A stretch of 64,000 bases of DNA from Desulfobacterales bacterium (GTDB lineage Bacteria; Desulfobacterota; Desulfobacteria; Desulfobacterales; UBA2174), in contig CAXXWC010000021.1 of NCBI GenBank assembly GCA_963668645.2, forward strand, positions 1,248,001-1,312,000, given 5' to 3'. A program made the position numbers and the translations under genes. How positions within the stretch are numbered: position 1 is the stretch's first letter; each line of letters opens with the position of its first letter. Of this stretch, positions 37,466-46,866 are shown piece by piece. The notes beneath the pieces are model-generated. The model was given only the letters and a program-made list of their open reading frames with translations, made no database searches and was not told the origin of the DNA.

Positions 37466-38137
37466 ATGTACGTAGGAAGGGTCATGCACACCGAACTGGT
37501 GACCGTGCCGCCAACCACCTCCCTGATCAAGGCCCGTGAGATCCTCGAGGCACGCAAGATCAGCCACCTGCTGGTGGTCAACGCCCGCGACGATCTGGCC
37601 GGCATCGTTTCAGACCGGGACCTGAAGCAAAACTGGGCCTCACCGGCCGTTGCCTTGAGCCGTCATGAGCTGAACTACCTGCTGGAAAAAGTCACGGTGG
37701 AAGCGATCATGATCAAGAAGATCCTGACCGTATCGCCCCTGACCACCATCGAGCGGGCCGCCCTGGTGATGCAGCAAAATCGCATCAGTGCCCTGCCGGT
37801 CCTCGAAGGGGGCAAGCTGGTGGGGATCATTACCTCCAGGGACGTGATGCAGGTTCTGCTGGAGGCCATCGGTATCGACGAGGAAAGCCGCCGCTTTACC
37901 GTCTTGAGCGAAGACCGCATCGGCTTCGTGGCCGAAATGAGCCAGCTGCTGCGCGACGCCGAAATCAACATCCGCTCCATCTTCGCCTGGCCGGACAAGG
38001 AATTTCCCGGCTACTACCATCTGGTGATGCGCGTGGCGGCCGAAGAAGGGGACCGGGCCATCGCCATCCTGCGCCAAAACGGCTACAAGGTGCTCACCGA
38101 ATACGTCCACGACCTGAAGCCCTTCCTCCAAAAATGA
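37466..38137 (+). CDS. CBS-pair + ACT domain protein (AcuB-like)
   Basis: SD GAGGAGG; GIVSDRD, GIITSRD; EDRIG...INIRSI. Confidence 0.87.
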   Translation: MYVGRVMHTELVTVPPTTSLIKAREILEARKISHLLVVNARDDLAGIVSDRDLKQNWASPAVALSRHELNYLLEKVTVEAIMIKKILTVSPLTTIERAALVMQQNRISALPVLEGGKLVGIITSRDVMQVLLEAIGIDEESRRFTVLSEDRIGFVAEMSQLLRDAEINIRSIFAWPDKEFPGYYHLVMRVAAEEGDRAIAILRQNGYKVLTEYVHDLKPFLQK

Positions 38138-38221
38138 GGGGCCGCCTTTGCGGGCGGCCCCTTTCCGAAAAAACATCAAAAGACATTCAAACCAGGGCGA
38201 CCCGCCGGGACCGCCCTGGTT
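38137..38221. terminator. two hairpins between convergent genes
   Basis: AGGGGCCGCC/GGCGGCCCCT and AACCAGGGCG/CGCCCTGGTT. Confidence 0.65.
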
Positions 38222-38228
38222 ATATCTT

Positions 38229-39680
38229 TTATCTTTCGATCTTGATCACCACGAATCCTGCGCCGCGGCGCTTGACGAGCAGCTCCAGGTTGCTTTTGGG
38301 GCCGGCTTTGGTCAGGGCCTCGTTAAAGTCCTCGGGAGAGGCGATCAGGTCATGGTTGAGTTCCTTGACCAAATCTCCGGGGCGCAGCCCGGCATTGGCG
38401 GCCTTGCCTTCCGGATCCAGGTCGGTCACCAAGGCGCCCCGTTCGTCCTTATCGTAACCGAGACGGCTTGCCGTCTGGGCATCCAGGCGGCCCAGACGCA
38501 CGCCTAGGTCCTCCGCATCGGTCTCGGCCGCCGCCCCGCCTCCTTCGGTCAACTTGGCATCGTCGCGCTGGGCCAGGGTCACTTGCACGGTGCGGGTCTT
38601 GCCATCGCGGATCAGTTCGATCTTGGCTTTCTGACCCACCGGCAAGGTCGCGATGCGGCGCGACAATTCATGGCTGTTGTCCACAGACTTGCCGTTGACC
38701 GCCACGATGATGTCGTTGACCCTGATGCCGGCCTTGGCGGCCGGATCGCCTTCGTAAACCTTCATCACCAGAACCCCTTTGGTGGCCTTGATCTTGTAGT
38801 AATCGGCCAGTTCTGGCGTCAGATTCTGGATCCCCACCCCCAGCCAGCCCCGCGTCACCTGACCGCTCTCTTTGAGCTGAGCCACGACCTCACGGACCAT
38901 GTTGATGGGGATGGCGAACCCGATTCCCTGCCCGCTGGCGATGATAGCGGTGTTGATGCCCACCACTTCCCCTTTCAGATTGACCAGAGGGCCGCCGCTG
39001 TTGCCCGGGTTGATCGAGGCGTCGGTCTGGATAAAATCATCGTAAGGACCGGATCCGATGATGCGCCCCTTGGCGCTGACGATCCCTGCCGTAACGGTCT
39101 GTTCCAGGCCGAAGGGACTGCCCACGGCCACCACCCAGGTGCCGACCTTCAGGGCGTCCGAATCCCCGAGGGGCAGGGGAACCAGGTCCCCGGCATTTTC
39201 GATCTGAATCAGTGCCAGGTCGGTGTTCTCATCCCGGCCCACCACTTTGGCATCGTACTCCTTATCTTCCTTATCATCGGCAAGACGCACCTTGATATTA
39301 TCCGCCCCCTCGATGACGTGGTTGTTGGTGACGATGTAGCCTTCCTTGTCGAGAATGAATCCCGAACCGAGACTGCGCTGCTTGAACTCCCGATGCGGGT
39401 CCTGGTCCATGAAGGGGCCGAAAAATTCCCCGAACGGATCACGGTTGCCGAAGGGGCTGCGGCCGCCAAAGAAGTGGCGAAAAACCGGCCCGCCTTCCTT
39501 GAGGGTCTTGACCGTGCGGATATTGACCACACCGGGGCGCACCTTTCCGGCAAGGCTGGAAAAATCGCTTGGAATCATACTCACACTATCCTGGGCCGCC
39601 GCCGACCCCTGCAAGCCCGGACCGGCCACCAGGACCACCAGTGCTGCTGCCATCAGGATCCTCAGAACGTTGCGTTTCAT
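38229..39680 (-). CDS. HtrA/DegP/DegQ serine protease with two PDZ domains
   Basis: signal peptide, GSGF, TNNHV, INPGNSGGP, RGWLGV. Confidence 0.95.
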   Translation of the reverse strand: MKRNVLRILMAAALVVLVAGPGLQGSAAAQDSVSMIPSDFSSLAGKVRPGVVNIRTVKTLKEGGPVFRHFFGGRSPFGNRDPFGEFFGPFMDQDPHREFKQRSLGSGFILDKEGYIVTNNHVIEGADNIKVRLADDKEDKEYDAKVVGRDENTDLALIQIENAGDLVPLPLGDSDALKVGTWVVAVGSPFGLEQTVTAGIVSAKGRIIGSGPYDDFIQTDASINPGNSGGPLVNLKGEVVGINTAIIASGQGIGFAIPINMVREVVAQLKESGQVTRGWLGVGIQNLTPELADYYKIKATKGVLVMKVYEGDPAAKAGIRVNDIIVAVNGKSVDNSHELSRRIATLPVGQKAKIELIRDGKTRTVQVTLAQRDDAKLTEGGGAAAETDAEDLGVRLGRLDAQTASRLGYDKDERGALVTDLDPEGKAANAGLRPGDLVKELNHDLIASPEDFNEALTKAGPKSNLELLVKRRGAGFVVIKIER

Positions 39681-39853
39681 GCTGAACCTCCCTCAAAATG
39701 ATGATATAAAATCGCACCGGACATCGGTAACGGACCGATTGCGTCGACAGGCGGATCGAGTGATACGATAAACACGTTGACGGATCTGACAACCGGATCT
39801 GCCGCTATTGTATGTGCCTTTTCATCCACCAGCGCCGATCAATCTTCACGCCC

Positions 39854-39896
39854 ACTCTAACCGGTCAACCTTACCTTAAAATGACGCCCTGATGAC
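39854..39896 (-). promoter_or_regulatory. candidate OmpR/PhoB-type operator plus -10 box for htrA
   Basis: minus strand GTCAT-N6-GTCAT-N6-GTAAG-N10-TAGAGT. Confidence 0.5.
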
Positions 39897-39937
39897 ATCT
39901 TGGTTATCTTGCCAAACGGCCTGCCAAGGCAAGGGGC

Positions 39938-41401
39938 TTAAAGTTGTCGGGTCAGGGATCTTCCAGTTTTTTCGGGCTGTTCAAAACAGTCATGCATTCC
40001 GTCGAGCGGCAAAAGCACCGTAAAGCGGCTCCCACCGCCCTCCCTGCCGTCCACGGTGATATCGCCGCCATGGGCCCGGGCGACGATCCGCGCCAGGCTC
40101 AGCCCGAGGCCGAATCCCCCCCGGCTGCGGCTCTGGTCCCCGCGGTAAAACCGCTCGAAGATCTTCTCCCGGGCATCGGGGGGGATCCCGGCGCCCGTAT
40201 CCGTAACGGTCAATCGTGCCGTGCCGTCGCCCAGCCTTTCGGCGGCCAGGGTCACCTGCCCTCCGGGTGGGCTGTACTTGATGGCGTTGTCGATAAGATT
40301 GGCCACCATGCGCTGGAGCATGGGCCGGTCACCGGCCACCGGAACCGGTTCGGGGGCATGGCTTGTCAAGCCGAGACCGGCATCCTCGGCCAGAGGGATG
40401 AACAGATCGCAGGCTTCCTGCACCATGGTGGCCAGGTCCAGCGGCAGGCGCTCGGGCCGGTCGATGCCGGCTTCGGTGCGCGAAATCAGGAGCATGGTGT
40501 TGATCATGTCCAGGAGCCGATCGCATTCTTCCACCGTTTCGGCCGCCATCTGCTCGTACTCGGCCATTGTCCGGCCCGTGGCCAGAGTCACCTCGGCCGC
40601 CCCGCGGATGCGCGTGATGGGGCTGCGCAGGTCGTGGGCGATGTTGTCACTCATCTGCCGTATCCCGGTGACCAGGTCCTCGATGCGGTCCACCATGCGG
40701 TTGAAGGTTCGCGCCAGGCGATCGATTTCATCATCCCGGGATGTGGTCGGCACCCTTTCATCGAGCGCCCCATCGGCGATCCGCGCCGCGGTGGCCGTTA
40801 CCGCCTCCACCCCGGCCACGGCCCGGCGGGCCATGAACCAGCCCACCCCCACTGCCGCCAGCATCAGAAGACCGATGGCGGTGGCGGCGATCTTCCAGAA
40901 AACGGCGATGATGCGGTCGTGGACTTCGAGGGACTGGCCGGCCTGGAGCACGATCCCGGGCCCGATAAAACCATAGACGATCCGTACCTGGTCACCGCGG
41001 CCGGAGATGCGGATCGTTTCGAAAACCGGCCGGCCTTCTTCAAGCATGCGGTGCAAGGTTTCGCGGTTGACAGCGATGTCCTGCCAATAGGCCATGTTGG
41101 ACGAAGAAAAGGCTTCGCCGGTGGGGTACAACAGGCGTAAAAAAACCTGTTTGACCCCCGCTGCCTGGGCTTCGCGCAGGGCGCTGCGCTGCACTTCGGC
41201 CACGCCCTGGCGCCGCAGGATATCGGCAAAGGTGCGCACCTGGGAGGACAGGTCCTGGTCGGTACGCTCGCGGATCATCCCGCCGATCAACAGCGAAAGA
41301 AGAACGAAGGTCACTGCCGCCGATACGCTGAACATCCCGGCGTACCACCAGGTGAGTCGCAGGACCAGGCTGCGCTTAGTCCGACTCGGGCCGCAGCACA
41401 T
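39938..41401 (-). CDS. sensor histidine kinase (HAMP, HisKA, HATPase)
   Basis: IAHDLRSP, NLIDNAIKY, DTGAGI, GFGLGL. Confidence 0.93.
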   Translation of the reverse strand: MCCGPSRTKRSLVLRLTWWYAGMFSVSAAVTFVLLSLLIGGMIRERTDQDLSSQVRTFADILRRQGVAEVQRSALREAQAAGVKQVFLRLLYPTGEAFSSSNMAYWQDIAVNRETLHRMLEEGRPVFETIRISGRGDQVRIVYGFIGPGIVLQAGQSLEVHDRIIAVFWKIAATAIGLLMLAAVGVGWFMARRAVAGVEAVTATAARIADGALDERVPTTSRDDEIDRLARTFNRMVDRIEDLVTGIRQMSDNIAHDLRSPITRIRGAAEVTLATGRTMAEYEQMAAETVEECDRLLDMINTMLLISRTEAGIDRPERLPLDLATMVQEACDLFIPLAEDAGLGLTSHAPEPVPVAGDRPMLQRMVANLIDNAIKYSPPGGQVTLAAERLGDGTARLTVTDTGAGIPPDAREKIFERFYRGDQSRSRGGFGLGLSLARIVARAHGGDITVDGREGGGSRFTVLLPLDGMHDCFEQPEKTGRSLTRQL

Positions 41402-42056
41402 AGCCCACCCCCCGTACGGTGTGGATCATCCGGGTCTCGAAGTCCTTGTCCAGTTTATCGCGCAAGCGGCAGATGCGGGCTTCGACCACATTGGTCTGCG
41501 GATCGAAGGCATAGTTCCAGACATGCTCCATGATCATGGTCTTGGAGACCACCCGGCCCGCGTTGCGCATCAGGTATTCGAGCAGGGCAAATTCCAGGGG
41601 CTGCAACACGATCTTGCGTTCCCCGCGCAGCACCTCACGGCGGATCAGATCCATGCTCAAATCGGCGACGGTCAGCCGGGTCGGCTCCACCGCTCCGGTG
41701 GAGCGCCGGATCAGGGCCTGGACCCGGGCCAACAGCTCAGAGAAAGCAAAAGGCTTGACCAAATAGTCGTCGGCCCCCAACTCGAGCCCCCGCACCCGGT
41801 CCGCTACGCTCCCCTTGGCACTAAGGATCAGGATCGGCACCCCGATTCTTTCGCGTCGCAGGGCCTCGACCAGAGAAAAACCGTCCCGGCCCGGCAGCAT
41901 GACATCGACCACCAGGATATCGTACGGTTCGGTCAATCCCAGATTCAGGCCGGACTGGCCGTCGGTGACATGATCAACGGCGAATCCGGCCGCTTCCAAG
42001 CCCTTGCGCACAAAGGCGGCGATCTTCAGGTCGTCTTCCACAAGCAGCAGGCGCAT
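41376..42056 (-). CDS. OmpR-family response regulator
   Basis: LVEDD, DVMLP, GADDYLVKPF, HTVRGVGY. Confidence 0.95.
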   Translation of the reverse strand: MRLLLVEDDLKIAAFVRKGLEAAGFAVDHVTDGQSGLNLGLTEPYDILVVDVMLPGRDGFSLVEALRRERIGVPILILSAKGSVADRVRGLELGADDYLVKPFAFSELLARVQALIRRSTGAVEPTRLTVADLSMDLIRREVLRGERKIVLQPLEFALLEYLMRNAGRVVSKTMIMEHVWNYAFDPQTNVVEARICRLRDKLDKDFETRMIHTVRGVGYVLRPESD

Positions 42057-42075
42057 GCTTCATCCCTCTTAGCGG

Positions 42076-42747
42076 TTATCGCTTGCGTGATGCGTTTTCA
42101 GCCGGCGGACGTCTACCGTAGGTCTTGAACTTTTCCATTACCCGCTGCATCTCTTCATCCGAAAGCAGGCACGGCGTGCCTACGGCGCGGGCTTGATAGT
42201 AGATGCGGGCCACCAATTCAATCTCTTCGGCCACGGCAAAGGCCCGGCCCAGGTCGGCACCGACGGCGACCAAGCCGTGGTTGGCCAGCAACACCGCGTG
42301 ACCAGCCCCGATGCCGGCCGTCACCTGATCGGCCAGCGCATCAGAGCCGTAAGTGGCATATGGCGCAAGGGGGACCTTGGGGCCGGCAAACCCGACAAGA
42401 TAGTGCACCGCAGGAATTTCCCAATGCAGGCAGGCCAGGGTGGTGGCGTAGACCGAATGGGTATGGACCACCGCCCCAACATCCTGCCGGCACCGGTAAA
42501 GGGCCAGATGGAAGGGCAGCTCGCTGGAAGGTTCGCCGTCCCCCTCCACATGTTTTCCTTCCAGGTCCACCACCACGATGTCCTGCGGTCTCAAACGGTC
42601 ATAATCGATGCCGGAAGGGGTCACGGCCACAACCCCCTGGCGCCGGTCGCACCAGCTCAGGTTGCCTCCGGTGCCGGTGGTCAAGCCGGCCGCCAGCATG
42701 CGCCGGCCGAAGCGCACTACGGCGCGGCGTTTGGTTTCAAGTCGCAT
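42076..42747 (-). CDS. class II aldolase (L-fuculose-phosphate aldolase-like)
   Basis: GTGGNLS, TPSG, PSSELPFH, HTHS, LANHG. Confidence 0.88.
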   Translation of the reverse strand: MRLETKRRAVVRFGRRMLAAGLTTGTGGNLSWCDRRQGVVAVTPSGIDYDRLRPQDIVVVDLEGKHVEGDGEPSSELPFHLALYRCRQDVGAVVHTHSVYATTLACLHWEIPAVHYLVGFAGPKVPLAPYATYGSDALADQVTAGIGAGHAVLLANHGLVAVGADLGRAFAVAEEIELVARIYYQARAVGTPCLLSDEEMQRVMEKFKTYGRRPPAENASRKR

Positions 42748-42899
42748 GATCTCTTTCTCTCCGGGCCGGGCGGCGTTTGACACCCGCCGCCCTTTCTTCT
42801 ATGACAAACCTCGCAACTAGGCTCCAAATAATAGCGAAAAATTTTAATTCACACCCCAGGCGGCAGCCCAGCCGCGCCTGAAAGGAATTGTGAAAAACT

Positions 42900-43841
42900 A
42901 TGAAAATTCTGGTATCCGGGTCCCTGGCCTATGACCGCATCATGGATTTTCCCGGCCGCTTCGCCGATCATATCTTGCCGCAAAAGATTCACAACCTCAA
43001 CGTCTGTTTCATGGTCAACGGTGTGCAGGAAAAATTCGGCGGCACAGCCGGCAACATCGCTTACAACCTGGCCTTGTTGGGCGAATCCCCGCTGATACTC
43101 GCCGCCGCCGGCAAAGACTTCGACCGTTACCGCAGCCGGCTGGAGCGTTTGGGATTGAGCCTGGCGGGGATCCGTGAAACGGATGCCGAATTTACCGCCA
43201 GCGCCTACATCACCACCGATCAGGCCAACAACCAGATCACCGGCTTCAACCCCGGGGCCATGCGCATCCCGTCGGCGTACAGCCCGGACGGCATCGATGC
43301 GCGTGACACGCTGGCCATCATCGCTCCGGGCAATCTCGAAGACATGATCAACCTCAGCCGCCGCTACAAGGAGCTAGGCGTGCCATATATCTTTGACCCG
43401 GGCCAATCCATTCCGGCCCTGAGCCCGGAGGCCCTGGCGGAAATGACCGGCGGGGCGGCGATTCTCATCAGCAACGACTACGAGCTGGAAATGATTAAAA
43501 AAATGACCCGACTCGAACTGGCGGCCATCCTCGATCGCTGCCCGGCGGTAATCACCACCCTGGGAGAAAATGGCTCGGTGCTGCATACCGCCGGCACCGA
43601 TACGACCATCACGGCGGCGGCCAATGACGGGGTGGTCGATCCCACCGGCGCGGGCGACGCCTACCGCGCCGGCGTACTCAAGGGGATGAACGAAGGCCGG
43701 GAACTGGCGGTCTGCGCCAGGATGGGATCGGTCTGCGCCAGCTATGCCGTAAGCAGCCAGGGAACGCAGGAGCACGAGTTCACCATCGAGGCGTTCTGGG
43801 AACGCTACACCACCTGTTATGGCCCGGTATCCGGGCGGTGA
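42900..43841 (+). CDS. PfkB-family kinase (adenosine kinase-like)
   Basis: GSLAYD, GGTAGN, DPTGAGDAYRAG. Confidence 0.9.
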   Translation: MKILVSGSLAYDRIMDFPGRFADHILPQKIHNLNVCFMVNGVQEKFGGTAGNIAYNLALLGESPLILAAAGKDFDRYRSRLERLGLSLAGIRETDAEFTASAYITTDQANNQITGFNPGAMRIPSAYSPDGIDARDTLAIIAPGNLEDMINLSRRYKELGVPYIFDPGQSIPALSPEALAEMTGGAAILISNDYELEMIKKMTRLELAAILDRCPAVITTLGENGSVLHTAGTDTTITAAANDGVVDPTGAGDAYRAGVLKGMNEGRELAVCARMGSVCASYAVSSQGTQEHEFTIEAFWERYTTCYGPVSGR

Positions 43842-43930
43842 AAATTTAGCATCATGCCGGCGGTGTCCCCAAAAAGCAAAAATTAAAACTGCGTCTGGCA
43901 GATCCAGTTGCTTTTGGTAACTATTGGTAG

Positions 43931-43959
43931 TTGACAAAATCATAGTTCTACTTTAGAAT
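43931..43959 (+). promoter_or_regulatory. near-consensus sigma70 promoter
   Basis: TTGACA-17 nt-TAGAAT, 55 nt upstream of ATG 44015. Confidence 0.7.
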
Positions 43960-44014
43960 GTTACTTCAAATCGGGAACCATTTTCCATAACCCCGCTTAC
44001 ATCGGGAGAGGGCC

Positions 44015-44874
44015 ATGGCAGTGGTATCCAAACCGGACATCGACCAGTTGATCGCCTTTGCGCAGGATGCCATTTTAAGCTGCGGCCAACTCGCCAGCCG
44101 TTTTTTCCGTAGCGTCAAGCCTCACGAGCGTTTTGACGAAAGTCTGGTGACAGCGGCCGAATTGGAACTGACAGCCCATTTTCGTCAAGCCCTGGCCGAG
44201 ACATTTCCGGCCCATCGGATTTTAGGCGCCGAGGAGAACGAAGAGGGCTACACCCACGAACAGAAGCGCTACCTCTGGATCTTCGACCCGAGGAGAACGA
44301 AGAGGGCTACACCCACGAACAGAAGCGCTACCTCTGGATCTTCGACCCCATCGACGGGCTGGACAATTTCCAGGCAGGGATTCCCGTCTGGGCCATGTCC
44401 CTTTCCCTGATGGAAAACTATTGGCCCCTGTTCGGCATGATCCATCTGCCGGCCACCGGAGATCTGTTTCACGCCAGAGCCGGTGGAGCCCCCTACCACG
44501 GATCGAACCGGCTCCAGCCGCAGGACGCCGAAAGCGCCGAAGAAGAACGGCTGATTCTCACCTTTTCACGCTTCCACCGTCATTACCAGACCGTATTTCC
44601 GGGAAAGATTCGAAACTTCGGCTGCACTGCCGCCCATTTGTGCTACGTCGCAATGGGGCGGGCAGACGCAGCCATCATCACCAATGAATCGTTCAAGGAT
44701 CTGGCGGCCGCCGAGGTCATCATCGAAGCGGCAGGGGGGAAGATTTTCACTATGGCCGGCGCACCGTTTCATGTCGGCGAATACCTTAACGGCGACAAAA
44801 TCGCCGTGCATCTGATCGCTACCCGACCAGACCGTCTCGATACGGTTTTGTCCTATCTGAATCGTATCGGCTAA
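44015..44874 (+). pseudogene. inositol monophosphatase-family gene frameshifted by a 59-bp tandem duplication
   Basis: removing one copy gives an 801-nt ORF (266 aa) with LGAEE and WIFDPIDGLDNF. Confidence 0.88.
44231..44348 (+). repeat. perfect 59-bp tandem duplication
   Basis: 44231-44289 identical to 44290-44348. Confidence 0.95.
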
Positions 44875-45171
44875 AGCGTCTCTTAGAGTGTATCGCAGAT
44901 CGTATCGCCGAGTCTCCTCTCGATACACCCGGCGAACTCCCCACGCTTATAAGAGGAGGGGTTCAGTCCATCAAGAGAAATAATAATTCAAACAAATTTA
45001 ATAAGTTCGAATCCCGCCCGCTAAAAAAACACATTGATCGAGGAGGCAAGTCCACATTCAAATCAATGGCATAATCATTGCAGTCTCGAACACCAGGGAA
45101 GCTTTCCGCTAGCCCAAAGGCGCGGACCCCCCCCGAAACGACCTTACGGTCCCCAACGAAAGGTTGGATCG

Positions 45172-45432
45172 ATGAAAAGGGTCAGTATTCAAAAAACAAC
45201 CTTGCAACTCAGTCCCCTCCAATCAATCTCCTGCGGAACAACCTTCGACTTCGAAATCGGCACATTGCTGGAAAGCCCCTGTCGCTGTTGTGAGATGCGC
45301 GCCCTGCTGCCCACATGTGCCCAAGGCTGCGAGATCCTGGCGCGCATTCAGACGACCCTGGCCGGCGGCATCTCCTCGGGCCACAGCGTTTCGCCGGCGG
45401 AAGATTACTGCCTTTCCTCCGATGAACGCTGA
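45172..45432 (+). CDS. small Cys-rich hypothetical protein (86 aa)
   Basis: SPCRCC...PTCAQGC; AAAGG upstream. Confidence 0.55.
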   Translation: MKRVSIQKTTLQLSPLQSISCGTTFDFEIGTLLESPCRCCEMRALLPTCAQGCEILARIQTTLAGGISSGHSVSPAEDYCLSSDER

Positions 45433-45563
45433 TGCACGGCCGAAGCGCCCGCTTGCTTTCGCTCCAGATCGGTGCAGCACCCCTCATTAAGCCGTAAAGA
45501 TGATCCGCCCGCAACGTCCAGGCTGGGCCAGCGGGTCTTTAAAGCCCAAATACCGGCGCACCT

Positions 45564-46628
45564 TCACACCCATAATCGGCGCATGGTTTCCAGCAGGCGA
45601 TCCATCTGGGCGTCCGTACCGATGGTGATCCTTACGAAATTCTCGATTCCCCGGTGAGCGAAATAGCGTACCAGAATCCCCTCCTCCTTGAGCAATCGGT
45701 AAATCGTCGCCCCGTCGCTTCCCGGCCGGGAAGCGAACACGAAGTTGGCCGCCGAGGGCAGCACTTGCCATCCCATGGCGCCGAGGGCACGGGAAAAGCG
45801 TTCCCGGGTTTGAATCACCTGGCCTCTAATATGCCGGAAGTAATCGGCATCCTCGATGGCGATAGCCCCGATCCGCTGGGTCAAATGATTTAGCGGATAG
45901 GAGTTGAAGCTGTCTTTGACCGTAAAGAGCGCCGAAATCAACGCCGCATCCCCAAGCGCATACCCGAGGCGCAGCCCGGCCAGGGCCAGACTCTTGGAAA
46001 AAGTGCGCGTCACCAGGAGATTGGGGTAGCGCTCGATCAGGGGAATCACACTGCGACCGCCGAAATCGACGTAGGCCTCGTCCACCACCACGACCCGATC
46101 GGATGGAAAACGTGCCAAGAATTCGGCGATCGCCTCGGGTGCCAGCAGGTGTCCGGTGGGGGCGTTGGGATTTGCAAAAATCGCGCCCCCCACGCTTTGG
46201 CCGTCGCCGCAAAAACCGTCCAGATCAACGGCGAAGTCGGCCTTCAACGGGACACGCCGAAAGGGGATCGAGAAAAGATTGCAATAGACCGGATAGAAGC
46301 TGTAGGTGTGCTCCGGAAACATCAAAGAGCCCAATTCGGCGCCGAAAAAGGCGTAAAAGCTAAAGGCCAGCACCTCGTCCGACCCGTTACCGGTAAAGAC
46401 CTGCTCTACCTTGAGGCCGTGGTGCCGGGCGATCGCCTCGCGCAGGGCAGTCATGCACGGATCCGGATAAAGACCCAGCCGTTCGGGCCCGGTGGTGCGC
46501 AGATAGGCTTCGATGCGCGGACTCGGTGGATAGGGGCATTCGTTGGTGTTCAGTTTGAGGTATTGGCGGTCCTGAGGTTGTTCGCCCGGGACATAGGGGG
46601 TCAATTGGCGCAGCCTTTGGGTGAACAT
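45564..46628 (-). CDS. hisC: histidinol-phosphate aminotransferase
   Basis: KLNTNE, GNGSDE, NPNAPTG, DEAY, RTFSKS, GLRLGY. Confidence 0.93.
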   Translation of the reverse strand: MFTQRLRQLTPYVPGEQPQDRQYLKLNTNECPYPPSPRIEAYLRTTGPERLGLYPDPCMTALREAIARHHGLKVEQVFTGNGSDEVLAFSFYAFFGAELGSLMFPEHTYSFYPVYCNLFSIPFRRVPLKADFAVDLDGFCGDGQSVGGAIFANPNAPTGHLLAPEAIAEFLARFPSDRVVVVDEAYVDFGGRSVIPLIERYPNLLVTRTFSKSLALAGLRLGYALGDAALISALFTVKDSFNSYPLNHLTQRIGAIAIEDADYFRHIRGQVIQTRERFSRALGAMGWQVLPSAANFVFASRPGSDGATIYRLLKEEGILVRYFAHRGIENFVRITIGTDAQMDRLLETMRRLWV

Positions 46629-46866
46629 GGCAATCGTCCTTCAAGGGGTGATGGGCCGCTGGACGGACTGCCTAACCGGCCCGAAGTGCGTTTGAAATCG
46701 AAAGCATCCAAATACCGACTCTTTGGCAGTCTTGCCTATACACCACCGCCGCAGGGGATTCAACCGAAGCGCGTTGTCCGTCGCAATTCTCGCTGAACCG
46801 GAATTGCCGCGGTTTGCCCAATCGGTTTGACCCCATCGCACACATCGTAGTATAGCCGCAGCCACT

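Noticed and set aside
45005..45014. GTTCGAATCC tRNA T-loop-like motif
   Set aside because: There is no flanking stem, cloverleaf or CCA; probably chance.
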